Positions 20,825-30,199 of a DNA stretch of 64,000 bases are shown one piece after another. Source of the stretch: Calditrichaceae bacterium. Lineage in GTDB: Bacteria; Calditrichota; Calditrichia; Calditrichales; JBFXGD01. A model generated the notes under the pieces. The model was given only the letters and a program-made list of their open reading frames with translations. It did no database searches and was not told where the DNA came from. The DNA is taken from NCBI GenBank assembly GCA_050173015.1, contig JBFXLE010000002.1, positions 222,378 to 286,377 on the forward strand, written 5' to 3'. Position 1 is the first letter of the stretch. Every line of letters starts with the position of its first letter. The position numbers were made by a program, and so were the translations under genes.

Positions 20825-21454
20825 CTACCACCCCTTCTTTCCGACAAGCGGGACAAATTTTAATTTTTCGAGTTCAATTTTTCGAAAATGATCGTTTTCT
20901 TTCAAATAGAGCGTTAATATCTGTTCTTTTTTATCCCCAACAGGGATAATTAGTCGTCCGTTTGGAGTCAGCTGCCCAAGAAGGTCATCCGGCAGAACCG
21001 GAGCCCCCGCGGTGATGATAACCGAGTTATAAGGCGCGTAGCTCTGCCAGCCAAGCGTCCCGTCCCCAACCCTCATTACATAGTGAAACCCAAATTGATG
21101 AAGGTTCTTTGACGCGAACTCGCCAAGCGCGGAAATCTTTTCGATGGTAAAGACCTGAGCGCCCAATTGGCACAATACGGCCGTCTGATATCCCGATCCG
21201 GTCCCTATTTCCAATATTTTATCCCCGTTTTTTACTTCGAGAGCCTGTGTCATAACAGCCACAGTATACGGATGAGAAATTGTCTGCCCAAAACCAATAG
21301 GCAGCGCTTTTTCATCATAGGCCTGATATTCAAGCCCTTGCGGGACAAAAGAATGTCTCGGAACCGCGCTCATCGCGGAAAGCACCTTCTCGTCCTTCAC
21401 CCCCATCTCACGCAGTCGGGAGATCATTTTGTCTGCTTTGTTCTTATAAATCAT
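20825..21454 (-). CDS. pcm: Protein-L-isoaspartate O-methyltransferase
   Basis: VPRHSFV, GQTIS, LEIGTGSGYQ, GDGTLG, FVPL. Confidence 0.95.
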   Translation of the reverse strand: MIYKNKADKMISRLREMGVKDEKVLSAMSAVPRHSFVPQGLEYQAYDEKALPIGFGQTISHPYTVAVMTQALEVKNGDKILEIGTGSGYQTAVLCQLGAQVFTIEKISALGEFASKNLHQFGFHYVMRVGDGTLGWQSYAPYNSVIITAGAPVLPDDLLGQLTPNGRLIIPVGDKKEQILTLYLKENDHFRKIELEKLKFVPLVGKKGW

Positions 21455-22134
21455 AATTTTTTATAGATCTCTCTTAAAATCAGCCGGATAAACTTCACCG
21501 TATCCTTAAAATGATGGATATAGGAATTACCGCCGGCATAAATGGTGGGAATATTGACAAATTCGATCTTATAATTCAGTTGTGCCGCTTTTATGATAAA
21601 TTCACTCTCCAGCTGAAAGCCTTCTTCCGTAAGTTCCAGTTTTTCTAAAACATTCTTATGGATCAATCTGTAACCGCATTGGCTGTCTTTAATGTTTTGG
21701 CCCGTGAGAAGAGATAGTATGGACGAGGTTAAACGATTCGAAATTATACGCGCCGCGGGCATTTTTGATGGAATTTTTTCCCGGTTGCCGATGATAATTT
21801 TCGAATTTCGGTTATTCGCGTGATCGAGAAAATCCGGTACCGAAATTACAGGATGTTGAAGATCCGCATCCAGGCAAATAAGCAGATCTGATTTCCCCTG
21901 TTCCTTAAAAGCCTTATATCCCGCTTTCAGCGCAAATCCTTTACCGTGATTTGCTTCCAGACTGATTAGTTTAGCCCCTGAACTTAAAGCGATTTGCTCT
22001 GTCAGGTCGGTTGAACCGTCATTGACCACAAAGATTGTATCGGGTTTTTCATCAAGCTGATTGATTTGCTCAAACAATATGGGGAGTGTACTTTGAGCAT
22101 TATAGGCAGGGATGAGTATATCATATTTATACAT
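21451..22134 (-). CDS. Glycosyltransferase family 2 (DPM1-like)
   Basis: IPAYN, VNDGSTD, NHGKG, DADLQH, DSQCGYR. Confidence 0.9.
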   Translation of the reverse strand: MYKYDILIPAYNAQSTLPILFEQINQLDEKPDTIFVVNDGSTDLTEQIALSSGAKLISLEANHGKGFALKAGYKAFKEQGKSDLLICLDADLQHPVISVPDFLDHANNRNSKIIIGNREKIPSKMPAARIISNRLTSSILSLLTGQNIKDSQCGYRLIHKNVLEKLELTEEGFQLESEFIIKAAQLNYKIEFVNIPTIYAGGNSYIHHFKDTVKFIRLILREIYKKL

Positions 22135-22170
22135 AGACGTCTGGATTTGATTTAAATTCCGGAATTGAAT

Positions 22171-22204
22171 AAAAAAATGGGGATTGTGTTAGTCCAATCC
22201 CCGT
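22171..22204 (-). terminator. Intrinsic terminator after tRNA-Pro(GGG)
   Basis: GGGGATTG / CAATCCCC stem plus U7 on the minus strand. Confidence 0.75.
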
Positions 22205-22209
22205 TATAG

Positions 22210-22283
22210 TCGGAGCGACTGGATTCGAACCAGCGACCCCTTGAACCCCATTCAAGTGCGCTACCAGACTGCGCTACGCTCCG
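22210..22283 (-). tRNA. tRNA-Pro(GGG)
   Basis: CGGAGCG acceptor; anticodon arm CTTGA-ATGGGGT-TCAAG. Confidence 0.95.
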
Positions 22284-22292
22284 AACGGCATG

Positions 22293-22321
22293 AATTTAAA
22301 TAAGAATAGATTCAAAAGCAA
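22293..22321 (-). promoter_or_regulatory. Putative sigma70 promoter of tRNA-Pro(GGG)
   Basis: TTGCTT-17 nt-TAAATT on the minus strand. Confidence 0.55.
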
Positions 22322-22337
22322 CCCGATAAGATCTTAA

Positions 22338-22745
22338 TCATTCTAATATTTTCAATATTTCTTTTAATTCACTTATTGTTTTTGCGATCAGCTTATTCTC
22401 TGCCTGCTGATCCGGTTTAACGTTTGATTTTGTTTTATTCTCTTTTAAATCAGTATCATCCATGCCCTTTTTTTGTACTTTTGTAGTATTTTTCACTTCA
22501 AAATCCGTTTTAGTCTGATTTAACTGATGATTTGCGCCTTTTATTGTAAATGCCTTTTCATAAAGTAAATCTTTAATTTTAAAGATAATGTCAATATCAT
22601 TTTTTAAATATTGCCGGCTTCCGCCGGGAGACTTTTTGGGATCAAGCACATCAAACACAGTCTCCCAATATCGTAAAGCCGATTGAGGGATTCCTGTCAT
22701 TTCGGAAACCTGCCCTATCGAATAATAAACATCCTCATATTGCAT
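22338..22745 (-). CDS. MerR family transcriptional regulator
   Basis: YSIGQVS...LRYWE...PKKSPGGSRQY...FTIKGA; the subfamily usually found next to tRNA-Pro(GGG). Confidence 0.9.
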   Translation of the reverse strand: MQYEDVYYSIGQVSEMTGIPQSALRYWETVFDVLDPKKSPGGSRQYLKNDIDIIFKIKDLLYEKAFTIKGANHQLNQTKTDFEVKNTTKVQKKGMDDTDLKENKTKSNVKPDQQAENKLIAKTISELKEILKILE

Positions 22746-22958
22746 AGCTAAAACCCATAAACATAAATTTCTATGAATACTTTAAATATTTTAAATAATA
22801 ACTTTAAATGCAAGAAAAACTTAAATTTTACCTGCTTTTTTTAAATATATATGACTTGATTTTTATCTTCAATTAAAGTAGTTTTATCTCTTTGTTTTAC
22901 CGTAATTTAAAGACACAGTGCATTATAAATAATACGTCTTATAATCTGGAGACTCAGT

Positions 22959-24932
22959 ATGGATAAAAAGGAATTTAAACCTTTTGTATCAGCAGAAATC
23001 GACATGAAAGAATTCTCATTTAAAGCTATTTTTCTCGGTGTGCTGATGGCGATAGTTTTGGGCGCCGCGAATGCTTATCTGGGAATGAAAGCAGGTTTAA
23101 CGGTAGCCGCGACTTTTCCTGCCGCGGTTGTTGCCATGGCTGCTCTCCGTTCATTCGGAGGGACCATTCTGGAGGAAAATATCGCTCGAACAACTGCTTC
23201 CGTCGGTGAAGCTTTGGTCGCGGGCGCCATTTTTACGATTCCCGCTTTCGTAATAAGCGGAGTTTGGGACGAGCTTCATTATTGGGAAAGCACATTTATT
23301 ATGTTGATCGGCGGTGTGCTGGGTGTCTTGTTCGTCATTCTGTTAAGACGAAGCATGGTTGAAGAAGCTGATCTCCCCTTTCCTGAGAGTGTGGCTGCTT
23401 CGGAAATTGTCAAAGCGGGTCAGGGGGGTCAAACGGGCGCGAGCTATGTTTTTATCAGCATGGGACTTGCCGCTCTTTGGGAATTGATCAAGAATTCAAA
23501 CGGTATTCAGTTAGTCGCCGACTCTACAAGGGATTACTTTACCCTTGCCAAATCCAAAATCGTTATGTTAGGTACCGAATTTAACTATGGCGGCGGATTT
23601 TTACTTGAGACCCCCGCAGCTTCCCCGGCGTTAACAGGTGTCGGCTTCATCGTTGGTCTCAGGGTTTCAGCTGTATTGTTCTCAGGTGCGGTTATGGGTT
23701 GGCTTGTATTGGTGCCTCTTGGCATCTTTCTCAATCCCGCTCTGGCAAATCTTGTATCCGATACGCATTCCTGGTTGGATGTCGCCGATGAAGTCTGGTT
23801 CCGCCAAATACGTCCTTTTGCCGTTGGAACCATGATTGTAGCTGCTTTTTATACACTTTATAATCTCAAAGATTCACTCATCAACGGAATATCAAAAGCG
23901 GTCCGTGATTTGAGAGCAAAACAGGATCATGAAACCGCGGTAAACCGACTTGAAATAGACATCGATTTTAAAAAAGTCATTTTAGCAATCGCCGCGCTCG
24001 CCATTCCCCTGTTCTTTCTATATAACTATTTCGCCCAGTCTATCGGTGGGGCCATAATGTTGACTGTTGTCATGATTATTCTCGGCTTTCTGTTCGCGGC
24101 TGTCGCAGGCTACCTGGTGGGTCTGGTTGGAAGCTCCAATAATCCTATAAGCGGGCTGACTCTGAGTTCTTTGCTTATAGCAGCCATCCTGCTTGTCATT
24201 ATAGGTGTAACGGGAGATCATGGTGTTATGGCCGTACTCGGTGTGGCCGGTGTTGTTTGTACATCCGCCGGAATTGCCGGTGATATGACACAGGATCTAA
24301 AAGTAGGACATATATTAGGCGGCACCCCATGGAAAATGGAGGCCGGTGAAATTATCGGTGTCATTATCGCGGCTATAGTGCTTGTTTTTCCGATGATCGC
24401 GATGGATCAGGTATACCATATAGGAAGCGCGGAGTTACCCGCCCCACAAGCAGGTCTAATGGCTTTAATGGCCAAAGGCATCGTTGGCGGTGAAATGGCA
24501 TGGCCGCTTGTCATTGCCGGTATGTTGTTCGCCGTGGGGTTGATTATTATAAAATCGCCTTCACCGATGCTTATCGCGGTTGGCATGTACCTTCCTTTTA
24601 ACTCCACATCGGCTATTTTTGTCGGTGGTATCATTCGCTGGATTCTTGATACCATACTAAAAAAACGCGATGCCACGCCTGAACAACGTACAAAAGCGGA
24701 AAATAACGGTGTTCTTCTCTCATCTGGCCTGATCGCCGGCGAAGCTTTAATGGCGGTTATTCTTGCGTTTATCGTTCTTGGAGCTAATCTTGCGGAAAGC
24801 ACATTCAGTTTAAAGAATTTTGCGGTCAACACTTTGGGCGTATCGTCACCCAGCGCGATCGGAGGACTCATTGTTTTTCTCGGACTTGGATACCTTCTGG
24901 TAAAGATTCCTCTTGATAAATCTAAAAAGTAG
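22959..24932 (+). CDS. OPT family oligopeptide/metal-chelate transporter
   Basis: ANAYLGMKAGLTV, ILEENI, LPFPES, SSNNPISG, QDLKVG, LPAPQA, SGLIAGE. Confidence 0.92.
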   Translation: MDKKEFKPFVSAEIDMKEFSFKAIFLGVLMAIVLGAANAYLGMKAGLTVAATFPAAVVAMAALRSFGGTILEENIARTTASVGEALVAGAIFTIPAFVISGVWDELHYWESTFIMLIGGVLGVLFVILLRRSMVEEADLPFPESVAASEIVKAGQGGQTGASYVFISMGLAALWELIKNSNGIQLVADSTRDYFTLAKSKIVMLGTEFNYGGGFLLETPAASPALTGVGFIVGLRVSAVLFSGAVMGWLVLVPLGIFLNPALANLVSDTHSWLDVADEVWFRQIRPFAVGTMIVAAFYTLYNLKDSLINGISKAVRDLRAKQDHETAVNRLEIDIDFKKVILAIAALAIPLFFLYNYFAQSIGGAIMLTVVMIILGFLFAAVAGYLVGLVGSSNNPISGLTLSSLLIAAILLVIIGVTGDHGVMAVLGVAGVVCTSAGIAGDMTQDLKVGHILGGTPWKMEAGEIIGVIIAAIVLVFPMIAMDQVYHIGSAELPAPQAGLMALMAKGIVGGEMAWPLVIAGMLFAVGLIIIKSPSPMLIAVGMYLPFNSTSAIFVGGIIRWILDTILKKRDATPEQRTKAENNGVLLSSGLIAGEALMAVILAFIVLGANLAESTFSLKNFAVNTLGVSSPSAIGGLIVFLGLGYLLVKIPLDKSKK

Positions 24933-24957
24933 ATTTCTTAATCGGTAAATATTAACT

Positions 24958-24992
24958 ATGACAGGTCTGTAAGGGCCTGTCATTATATTTTT
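24958..24992 (+). terminator. Hairpin between OPT and PqqD-like gene
   Basis: ATGACAGGTCT-GTAA-GGGCCTGTCAT followed by a T-rich tail. Confidence 0.6.
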
Positions 24993-25006
24993 CAGGACTA
25001 TATTGT

Positions 25007-25354
25007 ATGAAACCTCAAAATATGAATGATTTACTCAGGTGCAGGCCGGTACCGCTTATGGAATGGTACACGGATGAAGATTCCGGCAAGGTCATCATCA
25101 AAAGACCAAGATTTATTTCTCCCGTCGCCAGAAAAATAATTGGCCCTTTTATGAAATCGCCACATTTTCTGGTAAAACTGGACGAGCTTGGTTCCGTTGT
25201 CTGGCAAAACTGTGACGGTAACAACAGTGTACAAAATATTGGCGAGACATTATTAGATAAATTTGGAACCGATATGGATTCTGTCTGGGAGCGGGTATCA
25301 AAATTTATTCTTCAGCTTAACAGGGAAAAATTTATAGATCTAAATCTTGATTAA
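25007..25354 (+). CDS. PqqD family (RiPP recognition element-like) protein
   Basis: LDELGSVVWQNCDGNNSVQNI...F...ERVSKFILQL...FI winged-helix pattern. Confidence 0.8.
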   Translation: MKPQNMNDLLRCRPVPLMEWYTDEDSGKVIIKRPRFISPVARKIIGPFMKSPHFLVKLDELGSVVWQNCDGNNSVQNIGETLLDKFGTDMDSVWERVSKFILQLNREKFIDLNLD

Positions 25355-26415
25355 TCAGACGATTCATTTATAACTAAACATCGATCTTTCGTATCCTCCG
25401 GCACAAAACCAATTTCCCTGCCTTCATATCTGTATTTCCCGGAAAGTTCTTTTAGAAATGGCCGGACCTGATCTTTAGGCATTGCAATCAATAATCCACC
25501 GCTTGTTTGCGGATCAAACAGAATATTATATCTGTCATCATCCGGTGTTCGCCCCGATCGAAAAAAATGTTGATTAAAACCACGATTTTTGTGAAACCCT
25601 CCCGGAAGGAACAAGGGGTTATAAATATAATCATCGATGTGGCTGAATTTAGGCAGTCTGTTAAGCATTATTTCCGCGCTGCAATCACTCCCCTTCATCA
25701 TTTCAATTAAGTGGCCGGCCAGACCGTATCCCGTGATATCCGTACAGGCATGCACATCGTAATTCCCGGAAGTCAGAATTTCCACAGGGATGCTATTGAG
25801 AGTAAGCATGCTCTCTATTATCTCATCAATATCTGATTTTTTTGCTTTGTCAGCCTTCAGTGCAGTGGAAATGCATCCGGTTCCCAAAGGCTTTGTCAAA
25901 ACCAATCTGTCCCCCGGTTGAAGGGTGTTGTTACGCCATATTTTTTCAGGGTGAACGGTTCCGGTCACCGCAAGTCCGTATTTAAGTTCTTTATCCTTCA
26001 CTGAATGCCCGCCCGCTATGACGCAACTTGCTTCCCGGGCCTTTTCCGCTCCTCCGATTAAGATTTCTCTTAAAATTTCCGGAGGTAATTCCCCTTCCGG
26101 AAATCCAATTATATTTAACGCGAGTATCGGTTTGCCGCCCATGGCATAAATATCACTCAGGGCGTTCGCCGCCGCGATTTGTCCGTAAAGAAACGGATCA
26201 TCCACAATCGGCGTAAAAAAGTCGACTGTGTTAATGATAGCAAGATCATCATTTATCTTGTAAACACTTCCATCATCAGCCGAATTATTACCGACCAGTA
26301 AATCAGGATGATTGTATTGGGGTAATTCTGCAAGAATCCTGTCCAGAACCTCCGGATCAAGTTTGCTTGCTCAGCCGGCGCATGATACGAGTGAAGTCAG
26401 CTTAATCTTTTTCAT
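25351..26415 (-). CDS. selD: Selenide, water dikinase; selenoprotein with Sec at codon 15 (UGA)
   Basis: Frame from ATG 26415 reads MKKIKLTSLVSCAG-TGA-ASKLDP and continues to DFFTPIVDDP, GGHS, LTKPLGTG, TDITGYGL, DPQTSGGLL. Confidence 0.95.
26330..26370 (-). promoter_or_regulatory. Bacterial SECIS-like hairpin just 3' of the selD UGA
   Basis: GCAAG-caaa-CUUG-a-UCCGGA-GGU-UCUGGA-CAGG-auu-CUUGC: nested stems with a G-containing apical loop. Confidence 0.7.
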
Positions 26416-27314
26416 TATCTCATTCTTTTTCTTTTGATTAAATATTCCGTCAGTGCCTTATTAAATGGAGTATTAGTGTTCAACAGCTGATAATCAATCC
26501 TGTTATTACTAAATTCCTGTCTGAAATAATCCAGATATTTGCTAAAATTTTCTTTGTAAGATTCCCTGATATACCAAGGCTGTGTTTTAATTCGCTCTCC
26601 GCTTTCCATATCCTCGAACAAAACATCTCCGCTAAAGGAAAAACTCTGTTCCTGTTCATCAAGTATATGAAATACAAGCACTTCATGCTGATTATGTCGG
26701 AAATGCTTCAGGCCCTCCACAATTTTAGCGGGATCATCGAGTAAATCTGAAATCAGAATGACCAAACCACGCCGGTTAAACCTCTCCGCAATTTGATGAA
26801 GCACGAAACCGATGTCCGTATCTTTCCCCGGGGCGGCTGATTCCATTGCTTTAAGCAGCGTGTTGAGATATGAAAAAACGGATCTTGGAGGCAGTAACTG
26901 GCGAATTTCTTCATCAAAAAGGACGAGGCCTGTGGCGTCGCGCTGTTTCATCATCAGATAAGCAAGCGATGCGGACAGATACGTGGCATATGCCGATTTT
27001 TTTATACCCGCGCTTCCGTAATTCATTGAATTGGAAATATCTAAAACAATATAACACCGAAGATTGGTTTCTTCCTCGTATTGTTTAATATAAAACCGAT
27101 CCGTTCGTCCGTAAACCTTCCAATCTACAAATCGCAGACTGTCTCCGGACATGTAGGGTCTATGCTGTGAAAATTCGACACTAAATCCGTGAAACGGGCT
27201 TTTGTGTAATCCGGTGAGATACCCTTCAACGACGCGCCGGGCAACCAGTTCAAGATTGCTTAGGGCAGACAATACTTTAGGATCAAGAAATTTATTGAAA
27301 GAATTATCCTGCAT
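26415..27314 (-). CDS. DUF58 protein (vWA-like, MoxR-associated family)
   Basis: GLHKSPFHGFSVEFSQHRPY, VDWKVY, EEETN, DxSxSM, ISDL. Confidence 0.92.
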   Translation of the reverse strand: MQDNSFNKFLDPKVLSALSNLELVARRVVEGYLTGLHKSPFHGFSVEFSQHRPYMSGDSLRFVDWKVYGRTDRFYIKQYEEETNLRCYIVLDISNSMNYGSAGIKKSAYATYLSASLAYLMMKQRDATGLVLFDEEIRQLLPPRSVFSYLNTLLKAMESAAPGKDTDIGFVLHQIAERFNRRGLVILISDLLDDPAKIVEGLKHFRHNQHEVLVFHILDEQEQSFSFSGDVLFEDMESGERIKTQPWYIRESYKENFSKYLDYFRQEFSNNRIDYQLLNTNTPFNKALTEYLIKRKRMR

Positions 27315-27384
27315 TTAATCCCGGTTGGTTTTTCTGATTAGTTTAAAGAAGTATGATATTATAATCAATAATATTCAGGTTTAA

Positions 27385-27711
27385 TTATGGAGAAACAGCC
27401 GGATCGGGCGCGAATTTATCACAGCTATGATTCAAGGCAACTTCCATTTGGTGAATTTTACAGCGATAATAGAATTCATCTTCTGAGCTGTAACTTTGAT
27501 TGACGCGAATAAATGCTTGCCGGAACTTACAGTTATTACAGTTTTTAGGAACGACGGCCGTATGCTTTATTAGTCCCTTTTTCTGTATAACACCCATCGA
27601 TCTTAGCAGTTGGTTCAACTGAATAATAATTCGCCTCATCCGTATTAAGGCGATTACCTGGATCACAAAAAGCACCGCGACTATAATAACCAGATAAAAT
27701 AAAGTATTCAT
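27385..27711 (-). CDS. Membrane-anchored Cys-rich hypothetical protein
   Basis: N-terminal TM helix; C-x2-C-x22-C-x12-C. Confidence 0.65.
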   Translation of the reverse strand: MNTLFYLVIIVAVLFVIQVIALIRMRRIIIQLNQLLRSMGVIQKKGLIKHTAVVPKNCNNCKFRQAFIRVNQSYSSEDEFYYRCKIHQMEVALNHSCDKFAPDPAVSP

Positions 27712-27770
27712 ATTACTTCACAAATTAACTTTCTTAGGTATTTTACCGATCTAAAATCGAAATGTTTCCG

Positions 27771-28511
27771 TTAAAATGAATTCTCCTGATAATTACTGAA
27801 CCAATCGATCAGGTTATCTATCGATTGCCTGGTGTGTTCAAAATTTTCATATTCAAATATAACCGATCTCAATTGAATTCTATTTCGGATTATAAATTCA
27901 AATATCTCCGGCCAGGGAATAACACCCTTAAACAAAGGTGTCCAGTTTGACCGGTGAGCGTCAAATGGGTCATGGTCGATAATATGAAGAATTACCGGGA
28001 TATTATGTGTTGAACAATATTTTAAAACATCAATAATTTTTGCTGTTATCATTTCTGCAGATAATTTTTGATGAAAATAATGATAATATCTGGATGGATC
28101 TATCACTGCATGAACATCAATATTCTGATTTGCCGCCTCTTTAATTCTATGTAAATGTGTACTGATCCCGAAGGGATTATCGTTTTCAATTCCGAGAGAT
28201 CCTTCATTATCACGAATATTTTTTATAAGACCGGGATCGATGAGACGTTCATGCTGGATAAATAAATGATTTTTCATTTCCGTATGAATATGTTGGATAC
28301 AATTATTGTCAGCAGGAAGATGAAAGTAAATTTCCTTGAAATTTTCAAGTTCAGGCAAAACTTTATGGGTGGCGTTATTGATATATTTAGAATCCGGAAG
28401 GTATAACTGGACAACATTAATTTTCAGCTGGCGTGCGTAACTGATTGTTTTCGTCCAGCTGTAAGAATGATCTCTGGCGACAGATGACGCGATACCTACC
28501 AGAAATGTCAT
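27771..28511 (-). CDS. Hypothetical protein, possibly a divergent sugar-phosphate isomerase/AP-endonuclease TIM barrel
   Basis: FHLP, GIEND, VID, LHIID, G.IPW, IFEYE pattern. ATG 28511 avoids overlap with folD. Confidence 0.55.
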   Translation of the reverse strand: MTFLVGIASSVARDHSYSWTKTISYARQLKINVVQLYLPDSKYINNATHKVLPELENFKEIYFHLPADNNCIQHIHTEMKNHLFIQHERLIDPGLIKNIRDNEGSLGIENDNPFGISTHLHRIKEAANQNIDVHAVIDPSRYYHYFHQKLSAEMITAKIIDVLKYCSTHNIPVILHIIDHDPFDAHRSNWTPLFKGVIPWPEIFEFIIRNRIQLRSVIFEYENFEHTRQSIDNLIDWFSNYQENSF

Positions 28512-28515
28512 ACCG

Positions 28516-29412
28516 TTATTCGGGAAGTGTAATTCCATTTTGCTTTGCAGCCGCGATTGTAGTGTTGCTCATCAGCATTGAAATGGTCATCGGACCGACC
28601 CCACCGGGAACCGGTGTAATAAAGGATGCTTTTTTGGAGACTTCGTCAAAGGCCACGTCACCTGTCAGTCGGTATCCCCTGTCATTATCGGCGTCAACAC
28701 GGTTCATACCAACATCGATGACAATGACTCCGTCTTTTACCATGTCTCCCTTAACAAATTCCGGGTACCCCATAGCAGCGATCAATATATCGGCAGTCCT
28801 TGTGTATTGCTCAATACTGACCGTCCGGCTGTGAACAATCGTTACCGTTGCGTTACCCTTCTTATTTTTTTGCATCATTAAATTAGCCATTGGTTTTCCG
28901 ACGATATTGCTTCGGCCTATCACTACGACATGCTTGCCGTCAGATTGAATGTTGTAATATTGAAGAATTTCAATGATTCCGGCGGGAGTACATGGCAGCA
29001 CATATGGAGTTCCCGCAACCATTAAACCAACATTTCTTGGATGAAAACAATCCACATCTTTATCAGGACTGATCCTCAGAATTACTTTCTCTTCACTGAT
29101 ATGCATTGGAAGGGGCATCTGAACCAGTATTCCATTATAATCATTATTCTTATTCAGCTCATCGATCAGGGAAAGAAGCTCTGATTCGGGCGTCTCCTTT
29201 TCCATATATATAGTTTCAGACCGCATCCCCAATTGTTGCGAGGTTTTTCCTTTTCGTTTCACATAAACGTGTGATGCAGGATCATCGCCGACGATTATTA
29301 CCGCCAGTCCGGGAGTCACTCCATGAGATTTAAGATATGATATTTGTTTCTGTACGCGCTCCGCGACATGTTGAGAAACTAATTTCCCGTCAAGGATTTT
29401 TCCTTTTTCCAT
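28516..29412 (-). CDS. folD: Methylenetetrahydrofolate dehydrogenase/cyclohydrolase
   Basis: YVKRK, KDVDCFHP, PCTP, GRSNIVGKP, TPVPGGVGPMT. Likely start MEKGKILDG at 29412. Confidence 0.95.
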   Translation of the reverse strand: MEKGKILDGKLVSQHVAERVQKQISYLKSHGVTPGLAVIIVGDDPASHVYVKRKGKTSQQLGMRSETIYMEKETPESELLSLIDELNKNNDYNGILVQMPLPMHISEEKVILRISPDKDVDCFHPRNVGLMVAGTPYVLPCTPAGIIEILQYYNIQSDGKHVVVIGRSNIVGKPMANLMMQKNKKGNATVTIVHSRTVSIEQYTRTADILIAAMGYPEFVKGDMVKDGVIVIDVGMNRVDADNDRGYRLTGDVAFDEVSKKASFITPVPGGVGPMTISMLMSNTTIAAAKQNGITLPE

Positions 29413-30199
29413 AATCCGCCTTTGAAAAATTAAGTCTCTGAATTTGGTTTGCTTTTCCGGTATTTTGGTCAACTTTTACAACAATACCATTAAATCGAAC
29501 ATTATTTTTCGCTATTTGATAATAATGCGGTGTCTGAGTTAAGAATCTTTTTATGGCTGTATCTGTTTTCATGCCGATCACACTGTCAAAAGGGCCTGTC
29601 ATCCCTGCGTCAGTGATAAAGGCGGTACCTTGTGGCAATATCCTTTCATCCGCGGTCTGTACATGTGTATGAGTGCCAAGAACCGCGGAAACTTTTCCAT
29701 CAAGATACCATCCGAGCGCTTGTTTTTCAGCTGTCGCTTCTCCGTGAAAATCCACTACAATCACCATAGCTTCTTTTCGGACATGAGATAATATCTCATC
29801 TGCTTTTCGGAAGGGACAGTCAATGGGACTCATAAAGCTCCGTCCCTGTAAATTCACCACCGCTACCGATGTACCCTGGCCAGATTGCCAGATTCCATAT
29901 CCAAGCCCGGCATTCTCTTCAGGATAATTGGCCGGACGAAGTATTCTGAGCTTCTGATCGGTCAGAATTTTTTCACTCTCTTTTTGCCAAACATGATTAC
30001 CGGTCGTGATAGCGTCAACCCCGATTTGTCTTAATTTTTTGGCAGAAGTCGCGGTTATTCCTTTTCCCTGGTGTATGTTTTCGCCATTGACAATGCAAAA
30101 ATCAATCTTAAAATCATGTTTGATTCTTGGTATCAGATCCAGAGCTAATTGTAATCCATCTTCCCCAACAATGTCTCCGGAAAATAGAATGTTCAACAT
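29390..30199 (-). CDS. ymdB: YmdB-like metallophosphoesterase (TIGR00282)
   Basis: GDIVG, NGEN, TGNH, DFHGEATAEK, GTHTHVQTAD; directly follows rny. Confidence 0.92.
   Translation of the reverse strand: MLNILFSGDIVGEDGLQLALDLIPRIKHDFKIDFCIVNGENIHQGKGITATSAKKLRQIGVDAITTGNHVWQKESEKILTDQKLRILRPANYPEENAGLGYGIWQSGQGTSVAVVNLQGRSFMSPIDCPFRKADEILSHVRKEAMVIVVDFHGEATAEKQALGWYLDGKVSAVLGTHTHVQTADERILPQGTAFITDAGMTGPFDSVIGMKTDTAIKRFLTQTPHYYQIAKNNVRFNGIVVKVDQNTGKANQIQRLNFSKADYGKRKNP

Noticed and set aside
26206-26415. selD as a pseudogene with a premature stop
   Set aside because: The TGA is at the catalytic Cys/Sec position, with a SECIS-like hairpin and tRNA-Sec present.
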